Shown piece by piece: positions 43,131 to 56,012 of a DNA stretch of 64,000 nt. Position numbers and translations under genes: made by a program. The DNA comes from Octopus sinensis (Eukaryota): the NCBI RefSeq assembly GCF_006345805.1, contig NC_043013.1, positions 43,400,001-43,464,000 of the forward strand, written 5' to 3'. The first letter of the stretch is position 1. Each line of letters opens with the position of its first letter. The notes beneath the pieces were generated by a model. It was not told where the DNA came from and did not search any database. It worked only from the letters and a program-made list of their open reading frames with translations.

Positions 43131-44399
43131 AAAGATTTTGAAAATTAAAGGTGTCTATTTACTTCCTGCATGTCTGTGTATATAACCCCATTGATTTGTA
43201 TTTAACGTTTATGACTACTATGGGTTGTCACTCACGCTGTAAACTCTTCCGATAGGTAATTCCGTGTTTGCTTCACTGGATGGTAATATTATCTAGTTTG
43301 TATATGAGCAATTATTATAACAATAGAGAATATGGAGTCTGATACATACTCAAACTTTATTTCCTTGGATCTTTTCACTTTGACCGGCAGATTTTTAAAA
43401 TAATTTCTTTGTAACTAAACACTTTTAAACTTCGTATACTGGTAGAATGTGTTACATAAAACATCTTTCTCTCTTGGCTTTATTGAGAAAATTCTGTAGT
43501 TTTTAAGCTATATGTTGTTTAATTTCTTGCATTTTGGCAATTTCAACCAATCAATGACGTCAAAAGATGAAAAGATCCATTTCACGTGAAAGTGACAAGG
43601 TCAATTTCCTTTTATTCTACAATTTCAAATAGCATGGTGTTATGTTTAAGACCTACACGTATTGATGACCTCGCCCGTTGCACCTGCAACCGGGTATAAT
43701 TTTCTGTACAGCTTTGGTCATGTTGTTTCAACCAGCTGGGCACGAAGTGAACAGAATATAGTTAGTTGTTTGTAGGGGGGGGGTGACGGGGGTTGTTTTG
43801 AATCTGAAGCCTGATGTTTGTAAGCTCACTTATATATAGAGAGATGGAGAGATGGGAGGGAGAAAGAGAGAGAAGAAAGAGTGAGAGGGAAGGAGAGGGA
43901 GAGAGATAGAGAGAAAATGATTACAAAACAAATCATTTCTTTTTTTAACAATTTTGACTTCAATGAATTTGGCACAGATATTATCTTGAGTGTGTTGTTT
44001 TAGCCCTAAAATTTAGGGTAAAGGTAAGAAATTCTTCATACTTTCCATAATTTGGTATTTTTAGTTTTGTTCTGGGTAAAAAAACTGTACAATTATTTCA
44101 AGGCATTTTATGAATGTAATATTAATCAGAATTTGTCTTCGTGTATTTGTTTCAGAAAATAGGCCTCACTTGACAGTCTCATACATTGATTAATATAACA
44201 GCTATTTTAAATATAAATCACTATAATAATTTGTTTCTAGAATTGGTGGAGTACACGTTCTTGTGGTGGAGTTTAAACGGGAGTTCACTGGCTATTTTGT
44301 GTTTTTCAATGTTTCCTATAATTTTTTCACATTTGTTTTAGAAACACTGTCATTATGAATTAAAAAAAAAAAAAAAAAAAGACATTTGGTTGATATTTG

Positions 44400-44915
44400 T
44401 AGGACTTCCAGTTTCTGAGCCTCTCTGAATTGGTGCATGAAAAGTACATACCAGAAGATTACATTCAAGTGTATTTTACACACCTGGATGAACTGCACAG
44501 AGACATAACTGATAGATTTCAGGTTATTAACATTTGATTAGAATACCCATCTGGGTGATTCTTAAGTATTAGTAATGAGGCCAGAAGAATAGTGCTGGAA
44601 GAGCTGGTTTCACTTTAAAAGGACATTGAACAGAAGCCAAAGTTTAAAATGTTGATATCTGGATTTTTTTTTTCAAAAAAGGGACCTTTCTGACTGCTAC
44701 CCTGCACTGTGGAACGGAGTCAAGACGTACTTTGTTGCCTTCTTAACATTATAGTTTGTAGAACGAGGTCTCAGTGCAGTTGTGCAGATTCTTTGTAAGC
44801 AAAGAAACAGACAGAAAATAATTGGATGCTAGGATCTAAGACTACTTCTCATTACCTCAGCCAGATGTCAATAAACCGATATCTCTTCACAGTATACATT
44901 CATCTCACTAAAAAT
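44400..44915 (+). mobile_element. hAT (Buster/Charlie-type) transposase C-terminal remnant
   Basis: YPALWNGVKTYFVAF...VERGLSAVVQILCKQRNR...DLRLLL with stops. Confidence 0.7.
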
Positions 44916-45971
44916 AAGATAATAACGTAATCACAGGCGAGGTGTAAATTTCAGTCTTTCATACTGTAAAAACAACAAAATAATGGAATAATTAGGTTAA
45001 GCTTTATTTGTGAAAAACAGTTTTTTTGAATTTGGAGAAGAAAGACGTGTACGTTTGTGATGGGGGAGAGGGTGTAGGAGTGTGATGTGGGTGCCAAGAG
45101 GCGGCAGTCGGAAAAAAAAACTTGCAAACCACTGAGACAAGTGATGGTGACCGGAGTGGGAGTCTGTATAATAATGTATAACTATTACAGGTGTGTGAAA
45201 AGAGAAGGTAGTTAAGAGGTGTGAGGATATAATTATGTAAAGTGTAAGAATATAATTATGTAATTAGGTGAGATAAGAGGTTGTGAGGATGTAATCATGT
45301 AATCAGAGGAGTCAATTTGGTATGGAGATGGGTGGGAGAGAGTGGATATGGTCAGGTATGGTGCGATGGGTATATTTCAGTTGGCATAAGAACTCTTAAT
45401 ATGGCAGTTGTGGGGTAGATAGGGTGGTGGTGGTAATGGCGATGGTGGTGGTGATGGTGGTGATGGTGGTAGTGTTTGCTTCATAATGAGTCATGGGGTC
45501 AGTAATAGCATGAGGTCTGGTGATGAGATTAGTAGTGCTGGGTGGGGGTGGGGGTATATTCTATGATGATTGTAATAGGGCCCCATGGTGGCGGTGATAC
45601 TGATGAACTAGAAACAGTGCTGGGGGACATTTCTATGATGAATGAAATGGTGGTGGTGATTGTAGTGATGGTAATAGTGTAAAGTGTGGTAGTAAAATCA
45701 GTAAAAATGAGAAGGGAAGGGGGTATTTTGTGATGAATGTAATGGTGGTGGTGGTGGTGGTGATGATGATGATGATGCCATTAATGATGACACTAGGGTA
45801 ATGGGTGGCAGTAAAATAATAGAGTTAGTGGGGCGGTGTATTTTGTAATGATTGAGTTAGTATTAGGGTTGATAGGTTCACTGATGTGGAGGCAATAACG
45901 CTTGTGGTGAAGGACGTAGTAGCAGCGAAGGCGGTGTTCAATGAGGTGATTTTGGTGCTAACTACATTTTG

Positions 45972-46021
<50 letters not shown>

Positions 46022-46408
46022 GATGGTGGTTATTGAGAAGAAGAAACAATGGAAGACCAGTGATGCCAAAAATCACTACAATTTCAAGGTGGGATCTGAA
46101 GGAAATTGACTTGCTATTTCTAGCAGACTTAAGTAACCACACACAACGTACGTCACTAAGTGAAGGGAAATAAAAATGAGAGGGGGGGGGGGAGATCATA
46201 AAGAAATATGTCACAGGAAAAAATAATAAAAGAATGATTATTTAAGCCTACGTAATTGTTTTGCAAAATTCTTGATGTGAAATCGTGTGTTGGAACACAT
46301 TTGGGGATGGGCTTTTGTTTTCAGCCAAGTAAATACACGCCCTATTTATTTGATCCTTATTTTAGTTTTCATTTGTATTATAAAGAATATAATATAGAAA
46401 CCTGTTGT

Positions 46409-46443
<35 letters not shown>

Positions 46444-47513
46444 GCGTAAACTTATGCGTAGATAGCGTTAGATATCCCAAAAGGGCAAAATGGAATAAGA
46501 GGGACAAGGGGAGACACAGTGTGCACAGAGAACCACTGATGAAGGTCGCAGAACGTATGACAAAAGAACTTTGAAAGATCGTATAAAACTAAAAATATTA
46601 CGGATTAAACTAAAGTGAAGATCACAGAAATAGCGAATGTGTCTAAATGGCATTAAAAAAAAAACAGAAGAAAAACGACCATCCCTAAGAATAACAAAAT
46701 GATTCTTTACTCATCTTTCATAAATGATAGTTGAAGTAATTGAACCAAGAACATGTTAGCCATCAATTTTGAAGGAGGAGTGAGTCAATTATGGCGACCT
46801 AAGTGCTCAAATTGTTTTTATATAAAATATTGTTTGTTCCTACTCGAGCCATGCCTGGCTCATAAGGGCCAGTTTCTCGGTTTCCTTGGCGTATATAGCT
46901 TGTAGCTTCACCTTGTAATTTTACATTGTGTCAATCTGCTCGTTCCTAGCGCCCAAACCGTCCACGGTTTACAGAAAGGTGTTTTCTTTACAGTCTTCTT
47001 TTTTTATCCTTTAGCGCTGTAAGGATGGAAAAAGCTTCTGTACAAATTGCAGTGAAAGTATCGCCCGGGAAAATGCTTAATGGCATTTCGTCTGTTCAAA
47101 TTCCGTGGAGGTCGACTTTCATCCTTTCGGAGTCGATAAAATAAGTTCCAGTCGAGCACTGGGATTGATTTGATCGACTCAAACCCTTTCCTGGATTTAC
47201 TGGCCCTGTGCCAAAATTTGAAACCACTATTCGCGTTTAATCACTAATCTATATTGTTAAATTTTTTTATTTGAAGAGTGACGCCATTTTGTTTTTTTAC
47301 TTCATAGCCAAATTGATTGCATAGAATGCACATTCATAACTCCATCCAAATATTTCTACATCTCTTTCAAAATTGTACAGAAAGATGAAAAGTTTAAATG
47401 AATATTTATCAAAGATGTTCTTTTCCTGGTACTTCCGGCATGGTGTTATCTTATAATTCCATACTATTTTTCTAAAGTTATGATTCCTTCTAATTTCTTA
47501 TTTGATGTTTCAG

Positions 47514-47534
47514 TTAGTGTATCAATGTATTTTG
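47514..47534 (+). other. candidate 21-nt 5' UTR microexon of the SLC7A9-like gene
   Basis: ttctaatttcttatttgatgtttcag|ttagtgtatcaatgtattttg|gtaagt: consensus acceptor and donor, 384 nt upstream of the acceptor at 47918. No transcript evidence. Confidence 0.45.
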
Positions 47535-47986
47535 GTAAGTCGAAAACAAGGGTGCCCAAAATTCTAAAGGAAAGACAGAGAACGGAGCTGTTAAGCAAAG
47601 TATTCTAAGATGTCTCGTTAACAGTCACTTGTTAATAAAAGAAAGGCGCATTTCAGTTAAAACAAACACGATGGTGCACAGCAAAGGAAACTGGGAGTTG
47701 CTGGCCCTCGCCGACATAGTTTTACTTTTAGCTTAACTGACAATGCATTCATCCGCTTAGATGTTGCTTTCAGACAGCCTGCATTGAGTTATGTACAATT
47801 AAAAAAATATATATAGTTTTTATTTTCGCCACTGAAAATTTTCATAAAGATGTAAAGTTGTAAAAGACAAATACGGTGAGTGAGAACTAGCTGGGGCTTT
47901 TTTCTTTTTTCTTTTTAGCCAGAGAGGTATCTGAGAGTATACACAGAAGTGGCAACAGAGTAGAGCAAAAGAAATAGAAACCGAAG

Positions 47987-48065
47987 ATGGCAGCGACTAC
48001 CGTACAGCTAGAGAGAAAGTTGGGGTTACTAAGCGCAGTTGCTATGATAGTCGGTACCATGATTG
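47987..48065 (+). CDS. SLC7A9: b0,+AT/SLC7A9-like amino acid transporter light chain, coding exon 1 (MAATTVQLERKLGLLSAVAMIVGTMI-G)
   Basis: ATG at 47987 with in-frame TAG at 47975-47977 upstream; acceptor ctttttag at 47911-47918; donor G|gtaagt at 48066; translation matches the LAT-family TM1 entry (L.R.LG...IVGT.IG). Symbol means SLC7A9-like; orthology is not established. Confidence 0.9.
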
Positions 48066-48519
48066 GTAAGTAAAATATTTTGGTATTCAACTCCTATACT
48101 GAGTAATTAGAATATTAGTCGAGGTCTTCGTTTAAACCAATGATTCTCAACCATTTTGTTTTTACCTGTGGACTCCTTTGATCGCTATTCTACTCTGGCG
48201 GGCCCCAAAAGCCATCTGATGTTTAAATACTAGTTTTATAGACGTTTCTTTCAAAATACATTTGTTGTTTTTCACACACCAACTAGTGGGATCTTTACCT
48301 TTTGACCAACAGATTTAAAAAATAATTTTTTGTAACTAAACCCTTTCAAACTTCGGACACTGGTAGGTTGTAATCATGTTGGAAAGAAACAGCCATTAAA
48401 AAAATGTGGTGGGGTAGTTTTTGGCTAATTCTCTCCCAACTGTTTTTTACTCTCATAACTTTCTTTTGAATGCATACTTTTTAAAGAAACTTTTCTGAGA
48501 TACAATTTTGTGGATGTAG

Positions 48520-48767
48520 CAGTGGCGGATGCAGGGGTGTTGCCCTAGTTGCCCAGGCAACAGCCTTTCTAGCCGAGCCGACACCAAAAAATCGGGACCA
48601 TGGTTTTTCACAGCATTACTGTTTCATATGCATATAATCCGCTACAACAAATTTAGAATACATAAAAATGTGTCCATTTGTTACGAATTGCGATTCAGAC
48701 CAAATATAGTATTTTTTTCGAGACTTTTGAGCAACACCCAAAAACAGATCTTGGATCTCCACCGCTG
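48520..48767. mobile_element. MITE with CAGTGGCGGAT...CCACCGCTG ends, nested in an older repeat
   Basis: Terminal inverted repeats; direct TGTAG on both flanks (48515-48519, 48768-48772). Confidence 0.65.
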
Positions 48768-49669
48768 TGTAGAGTATGATTATTGTGAGGAAATTTGAAA
48801 ACTTGATTTTTTAAATCTTTATTTTCAACGATGAAAACGTATCTTTGGGAAGTTTCATTTAAAAATAACTTCTCTCAAGAAAAGCAATTTTTACCTCAAA
48901 ACAATCGCAACCTACACCATCTAAAATGTATATCTGTAAGATTTCATTAAAAATCGTGCATTGAGGTGACTTGATCTCCTAGAAATAGCAGGCTGAGTCT
49001 TATCTTTGATGATGTACTCCTAGATATATTGTCTGGTCAGAATTGGAACACTTTGATCGGAAGTCCACTGGAGTATAGATGACCAGGGGCTAAAAATAAA
49101 CGTCTTCTGTTGACCCATTCATTAGCTAGTTTTTGATTAAATATACTGCTTTTTTGGTTAATTATGGAAATTTACAAAAGTTGCAAAAGGATTTAGTAAA
49201 ATAGGTGACGTCTTTATCATTGGCAAAAACTTAACACTTTTGTTGCCAAATTTCTATTGAAATGCTCAGCTTTTGCTTCAATTAATATTGAAAATAACGA
49301 AGAATTTAGTATAAATCACTTCGGAATTGTGGAGTAGGTGTTTGGTACCTAAATCAGTCTGAAATTTTGAAGGAAGATTTGAATTTAAATCGTATAAAAA
49401 CTGAAAGTTTGGACTAAGAGTGATCTCAGGAAGGTTGAGATCAAAATGGTGAAAAAGGTTCTTGAATAAAATCATAATGGAAGATTTTCGTTTAAATACA
49501 AAAATTTTTTTTTAAAAAAAGAGTGGTCTTAGGTAGTTTAATATCAAAAGGATTTAGTAGCAGCCTCCCTAAGTTCATTCACCCATTTCAAATTCCAGGT
49601 CCTAAGACTGAGAGAACATGCAAATAAGCTAGACCTGCCTTATTACTGCCTCCCTCCTCAATATCTGAA

Positions 49670-49708
<39 letters not shown>

Positions 49709-49809
49709 TGTATGTGAGTAGGATCAGGTTTTAGCCAGTCTAATTGATCTATAAACTCAGGAAACAAACAAAAGTTTCATTTCTTTCTAATCCATTTTCT
49801 CTAATTTAG

Positions 49810-49911
49810 GAGCTGGCATCTTCATTTCGCCGAAGGGCGTTCTTGAAGCGAGCAAGTCTGTTGGTTTGACCATGATTATATGGCTTGGATGTGGTGTCAT
49901 TGCCATGCTCT
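49810..49911 (+). CDS. SLC7A9: SLC7A9-like coding exon 2 (G-AGIFISPKGVLEASKSVGLTMIIWLGCGVIAML)
   Basis: ttctaat branch-like site, ctaatttag| acceptor, T|gtgagt donor; 102 nt, phase 1-1; GxGIFISPKGVL motif of LAT TM1-TM2. Confidence 0.93.
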
Positions 49912-50269
49912 GTGAGTACCTGCTTTATTTTTTTTTCTTGTTCTTTGTCTTTTCTCTTTTGTTCTCTCTTTTTATTTTCTCTCTCTTTCAATCTCTCTCT
50001 CTCACTCCTTCTTACTCTTTAATCTATTTCCAACATTCTAAATTCTTTAATGATACGTAATTTTACGTGTGTATGCATGTATATGTGTGTGTGTGTTTGT
50101 GTTTTTACGTATGTCTATGTGTGTGTGATTGAGTTTGGTATTCTGTTGTAAACTGGTATATCAAGTTCCGTCCCACGTGACAAAATAACTTAGCCATTTG
50201 ATAAAGAGTGATAGAATTATCATTCCCAGCATGGCTACAGTACAGGGATTGAGGCCAATAAAAGAACAG

Positions 50270-50315
<46 letters not shown>

Positions 50316-51034
50316 ATAAAAGAAAATAAGATGACAAAGGGATAAACAATTATGTTAAGACCCTCATTAGCTTACAACAGTTTCTGATTTCTTTATTGCC
50401 CACAAGGGGCTAAACATAGAGGGGACAAACAAGGACAGACAAAGGGATTAAGTCGTAACTGGTACTTTATTTATCGACCCCGAAAGGATGAACGGCAAAG
50501 TCAACCTCGGCGGAATTTGAACTTAGAACGTAGCGGCAGACGAAATACCTATTTCTTTACTACCCACAAGGGGCTAAACACAGAGAGGACAAACAAGGAC
50601 AGACAAACGGATAAGTCGATTATATCGACCCCAGTGCGTAACTGGTACTTATTTAATCGACTCCGAAAGGATGAAAGACAAAGTCGACCTCGGCGGAATT
50701 TGAACACAGAACGTAACGGCAGACGAAATACCGCTAAGCACTTTGCCCGGCATGCTAATGTTTCTGCCAGCTCGCTGCCTACAACGGTTTCTGCTATAAG
50801 ATGCAGTGGACTCATACTTGGATGCTTTATTCTGAAGCATATGTTCTACACTAGGCTGTATCAATATATATATATAGAAATGGTAAGACAATAAAAGAAT
50901 GAAAGAGACCTCGATAATATGTAAATATAATGTTATCATGGCTACTGAATAATTGTCACATATTATATATATGATTTGATTTTGATTTGATTTTTCCACT
51001 TTCAGCTAATGAGCTGTGGCCATGCTGGGGCACC

Positions 51035-51072
<38 letters not shown>

Positions 51073-51385
51073 CGTGATCACCGTGACCGACCAGACTATC
51101 AGATATTGCTACACATCGCTGGTCATAATGCGCTTCGCATTGTTTTAGCCTTCAAATGACGTCACCCCACTGGCTAAGCGAGCAGACCAACAGAAGAAAC
51201 AGTGAAAGAAAGTAGTGGCGAAAGAGTACAGCAAGGATCGCCACCACTCCCTGCCGGAGCCTTATGGTGATTTAGGTATTTTCGTTCAATAAACACTCAC
51301 AACGCCCGGTCTGGGAATCGAAACTGCGATCCTACGACCACGAGTCCGCTGCCCTAACCACTGCGCCTCCACATATGTATATATA

Positions 51386-51469
<84 letters not shown>

Positions 51470-52797
51470 TATATACACCCCGTCCTTTTTCCATGCTGGC
51501 ATGGGTTAGACAGTTTGGTCGGGACTAGTAAGCCAGAGAGCTACACAAGGTTCCAATGGTCTGTTTTGGCTTGGTTTCTATGGCTGCATGCTCTTCCTAA
51601 AACCAATCGTTCTACAGTGTACTTGATGTTTACTACATATCACTGGCACGCCTACCTTGAATGCCAAAAGGTTAAAGCAATAAAATATTTTATTAGTTTT
51701 CAGTTAGCAAAGAGAGCACGGAAAAATCACGACCCCGAAAGGATGAAAGACAAAGTCGACACAGAACGTAGCAACGGGCGAAATACCTATTTCTTTACTA
51801 CCCACAAGGGGCTAAACACAGAGAGGATAAACAAGGTCAGACAAACAGATTAAGTCAATTATATCTACCCTAGTGTGTAACTGGTACTTATTTAATCGAC
51901 CCCGAAAGGATGAAGGGCACAGTCGACCTTGGCGGAATTTGAACCCAGAACGTAACGGTAGACGAAATACCGCTAAGCATTTTGCCCGGCTTGCTAACAG
52001 TTCTGCCAGATTGCCGCTTTTATCATAATAATAATAATAATGATTCTTTGGGACTTTCCAGTACATACAGACAGAACAATCAAAGCTAATAAACCGAATA
52101 TTGTTGTGAAAGGCGAAAACAATAAATGAGCATTCATTGTGATCATAATTTGACAAGCTCAGAAAATATAAAGATTTGCTTATTGAAATCGAAAACAAAT
52201 GTGGTATCTCAAGACTGAATACTAGTGATTGCTGACAGAAACGTTGGCACGCCGGGCGATATGCCTAGCAGTATTTCGTCTGTCTTTATGTTATGAGTTC
52301 AAATTCCGCCGAGGCCGACCTTGCCTTTCATCCTCTCGGGGTCGATAAATTAAGTACCATTTACGCACTGGGGTCGATGTAATCGATTTAATCCCTTTGC
52401 CTGTCCTTGTTTGTCCCCTCTATGTTTAGCCTCTTGTGGGTAATAAAGAAATAAGAATACTAGTGATTTCAGGTGCACTTGGAATGATCAAAAAGGGAAC
52501 TGAAATTATTTTTGAGAATGATCCTTTGATTACCAACCATGCAAAAAGTATTTCACATCTCTTGAAAAACCATAGTTGCAGTGAATTTTTTTCCTCCCCA
52601 CTTTCTTTGTTTTTTTTTTCTTTTTCATTTTTCTTCTATTTTCGTTTTTGTTTTTCCTTTGTTTTTCTATCACATATCTTTACTTCATAAATGAACAACC
52701 TAATGTTTTACTTTAGTGGCGTACTAATTTACACAGTGAGGTTCTTTGCCCTAGGTGTTGGGAAGACAGTCGGCAAGAAACGGAAACAAAATTGAAA

Positions 52798-52856
<59 letters not shown>

Positions 52857-53408
52857 CTTTCATATTTTACCACAAGGTATCAATTTTGTGAGAGAGCATG
52901 AGTCGATTACATCGACCCCTGTACATTGTTTTGTCTTGGTATAAAAGATGGGCTACAGCAAATATTCTGCTCAATACCACAGATTTGCTTGTCAGTTGTT
53001 TGACCTTAACCAGTTGAGCATGTCCCTTAGTGGCTGACGATATGTGCATCTCTGATCACGAGCAGAAGTAGTGGGGGAGCATCATAGCCATGTGTTGAGA
53101 GGGATTCTTTGGGGTTTGAATAATTCACCTCTGGAAACATGGGTGGTTCTTTCAACATCCTTAAACAACCCTTATTCAGAGACCTTTTGAGCGGGATGGG
53201 CTACTCAACCTGAAGAAAATTCTAACTGGGCCCCACCTGCAAGGTCATGTGCTGTTTATCTTGATATAAGATCACCATGTCGCGCACATATGGTTGTGAT
53301 GCATGTGCCTGGTGTACCTTTATCAGACGGGTAGTCATGATGGGTATATTGGGCTTCGTATATTTTACCCCAGTGTCACTTTGATGGCATGCACTGCTCT
53401 CTCACTCA

Positions 53409-53488
53409 ATAATAATAATATAATAATAATAATATAATAATAATATAATAATAATAATAAAAAAATAATAATAATAAATAATAATATA

Positions 53489-53530
<42 letters not shown>

Positions 53531-53543
53531 AAATAATAATAAA

Positions 53544-53610
<67 letters not shown>
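53409..53610 (+). repeat. (AAT)n tail of a retroposon (about 52870-53410) ending at the exon 3 polypyrimidine tract
   Basis: Direct reading. Confidence 0.9.
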
Positions 53611-53637
53611 TTTGTCTTCTTTTGTCTTCTTTTATAG

Positions 53638-53880
53638 CCTCTTTATCTTATGTAGAACTGGGGACATTTACTGCTAAGTCTGGCGGAGAATTTACATATA
53701 TCTTAAAAGGTCTTCCGGCAGTGTTGGCATTCTTGTGCAGTTGGTGTACGGCTTTAATCATCAGACCGTCAGCATTCGCTGTGAGCAGCCTAGTTTTTGC
53801 TGAATATGTGGCTTCTCCCATCTTCGATTCGTGTGGACCACCAGTTGTCTTTGTGAAATGTTTGGCTGCTCTAGCAATCA
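53638..53880 (+). CDS. SLC7A9: SLC7A9-like coding exon 3 (SLSYVELGTFTAKSGGEFTYILKG...PIFDSCGPPVVFVKCLAALAI)
   Basis: tttatag| acceptor, A|gtaagt donor; 243 nt, phase 1-1; ELGT..KSGGE motif and the extracellular Cys (equivalent to b0,+AT C144) that links light chains to rBAT/4F2hc. Confidence 0.95.
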
Positions 53881-54136
53881 GTAAGTTCATTGACGTATGA
53901 TAACAGGCTTGCACGCATACATACATACACACGAGTGTGCGTGTGTGTGTGTGTGTGGTGAGTATATACTCTCTCTTTCTCTCTCTCTCTCTGTATATAT
54001 ATATATATATATATAATATATATATATATACGGGTGTGTATGATTGTGTATAGAAGGATATATTGCTCAAAGAAATTTCCACTTGTCTGATTTTCACGTT
54101 TTATTTACGATCTTATAATCTTATAATAATATAATA

Positions 54137-54344
54137 TTGGGTTGTCCGGAAAGTTCGTGCCGATTTTTAAAGGAGAGAAAAAGATCAATAAATACTTGCC
54201 ATAACATTTTTAATCAACCAAATATGAACCATTTTGTTGTACAATGCGTCTCCATCTTTCCTTTAACTTGAAAATACCCTCTTCCCAGAATTGAGATGCC
54301 TGTGAGGGTAAGTCGAAAGGTAAGCTACTATAAATCGGCACGAA
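54137..54344 (-). mobile_element. internally deleted miniature derivative of the mellifera-like mariner
   Basis: 54137-54295 is the reverse complement of about 60060-60219 (roughly 90% identical by eye); 13-nt filler at 54296-54308; then the other end of the element with a truncated TIR. Confidence 0.85.
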
Positions 54345-54346
54345 TA

Positions 54347-54549
54347 TTAAATGCCCATTCTGATTAAGCTAGTACTTTCATGCATTAAACTATGCGATCT
54401 TCAGGTTCATGTAGAAGTGGTGACAGTTATGTTTCACAACTTACAAGAGTTGTAAATTGTAAAACATAACTGTCACCACTATTACATGAACCTGAAGATT
54501 GCATGACTTAATGCATGAAAGTACTAGCTCAATCAGAAAGGACATTTAA
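54347..54549. repeat. 203-bp near-perfect palindrome (100-bp arms, 3-nt loop)
   Basis: Arms 54347-54446 and 54450-54549 are reverse complements with about a dozen substitutions; TTAA at both ends. Confidence 0.95.
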
Positions 54550-54720
54550 AATTCTATCATTTCATTATATTTGGTTATATTATATTATTATAAGATTGTA
54601 AATAAAACGTGAAAATCAAAGAGTTGAAATTTCTTTGAGTAATACATGCATACACACACACACATACACACACACACACGCACACACACACATATGTATA
54701 CACTTATGTAGATATACATA

Positions 54721-56012
54721 CGAGGGGCGTTCAATAAGTAATGCCCCTGACCCACTTCCCATAGCAGTAGAGCAACGAAACTTGGCACAGTTATTAGTCT
54801 GTTCCTACATAGGAACCACCCAGAGTTACGCATTTTCCCCATCGTTTGATGCAGCTCTGGAGACCATTTTTGTAGAAGACCCCAGTTTGGTCCTCCAACC
54901 ACGACGTGACTTCAGAAATCAAGGCTGCATCATCTGGGAAACGCTTTCCTTTCAAAAACAACTTCATGGTTGGGAAGAGGTGAAAATCAGAGGCTGCAAG
55001 GTCAGGAGAGTAGGGGGATGGGGGAGGAGTTCATAGCCGCACGCCTGTGCTTCTGATCTGGCGACAAGCGAGTTGTGGACCAGAGCGTTGTCCTGCAGGA
55101 GGAGGATGCCTTTGCTGATCTTGCCCCACCTCTTGATTTTGATAGCTTCTCTTAATTTCCTCAAAAGTGAAGCATAATAGGCCCCTGTAATTGTGGTACC
55201 CTTTGCCAGGAAATCTGTCATCACTACTCCGTTCTGGTCCCAGAAGACTGTGAGCATGACCTTGCCAGCGGAGGGCTGCACCCTTGCCTTCTTTGGAGGA
55301 GGTGAGTCACGGTGTGTCCACTGCATTGACTGGGCTTTGGTCTCTGGATCATAGTGATGGACCCAGGTTTCATCCTGTGTAATCAGCCTTTTGAAAAACT
55401 TTGACTCGTCTTCTTGGCACATCTCCAAATTCATCCTCGAGCACTCGACGCGTTCTTGCTTCTGGAAAGGTTTGAGCAACCTGGGAATCCATCTGGCTGA
55501 CACGTTTTGCATATGCAAATAGTCATGAATGATAGTTTCCACAGACCCGGTACTAATCTTGACCTCATGGGCTATTTGGCGAATAGTTATGCGTCGATCT
55601 TCCAAAATGGCAGCCTCAACTTAACGGACAGATGCCTCATCAATGGCAGAAGGGGGGCGACCAGATCTGGGAGCTGTTTCCACAGAGTTCCGATCATGTT
55701 TGAATTCACGATGCCAGCGTTTTACAAGGTCATATAATGGGGCATCATGACCATAAGTTACTTTCATTTCATCAAAAGTCTCCCGTGGTGTGCATCCTTT
55801 CAAATACAAAAACTGGATCACTGCTCGACACTCAACAGGCTCCATTTCACACTTGACTCAGTTGAAACACCTGTAAATCAGAAACCACAATTAGTTCAGA
55901 GCTGTAATTTGCCACTTAATCTATAGAGATATACATAATTTCACATGCAAAGTTTCAGCTAAATAAAACAACTGCAAGTGGGTCAGGGGCATTACTTATT
56001 GAACGTCCCTCG
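54721..56012 (-). mobile_element. full-length mariner (irritans-like), near-intact DD34D transposase at 55845..54794
   Basis: TA on both flanks; 37-bp TIRs CGAGGG(G/A)CGTTCAATAAGTAATGCCCCTGACCCACTT with 1 mismatch; motifs SGRP, WIPRLL, ITQDETW, QDNA, PHPP(YSPDLAPSD). One TAA at 55623-55621 and one 1-bp deletion in a C run near 55013. Subfamily is by recalled resemblance. Confidence 0.95.

Noticed and set aside
46533-46572. Hammerhead-like CUGAUGA-A-GGUC..GAC-AAAA
   Set aside because: GAAA and stem III are degenerate; decayed.
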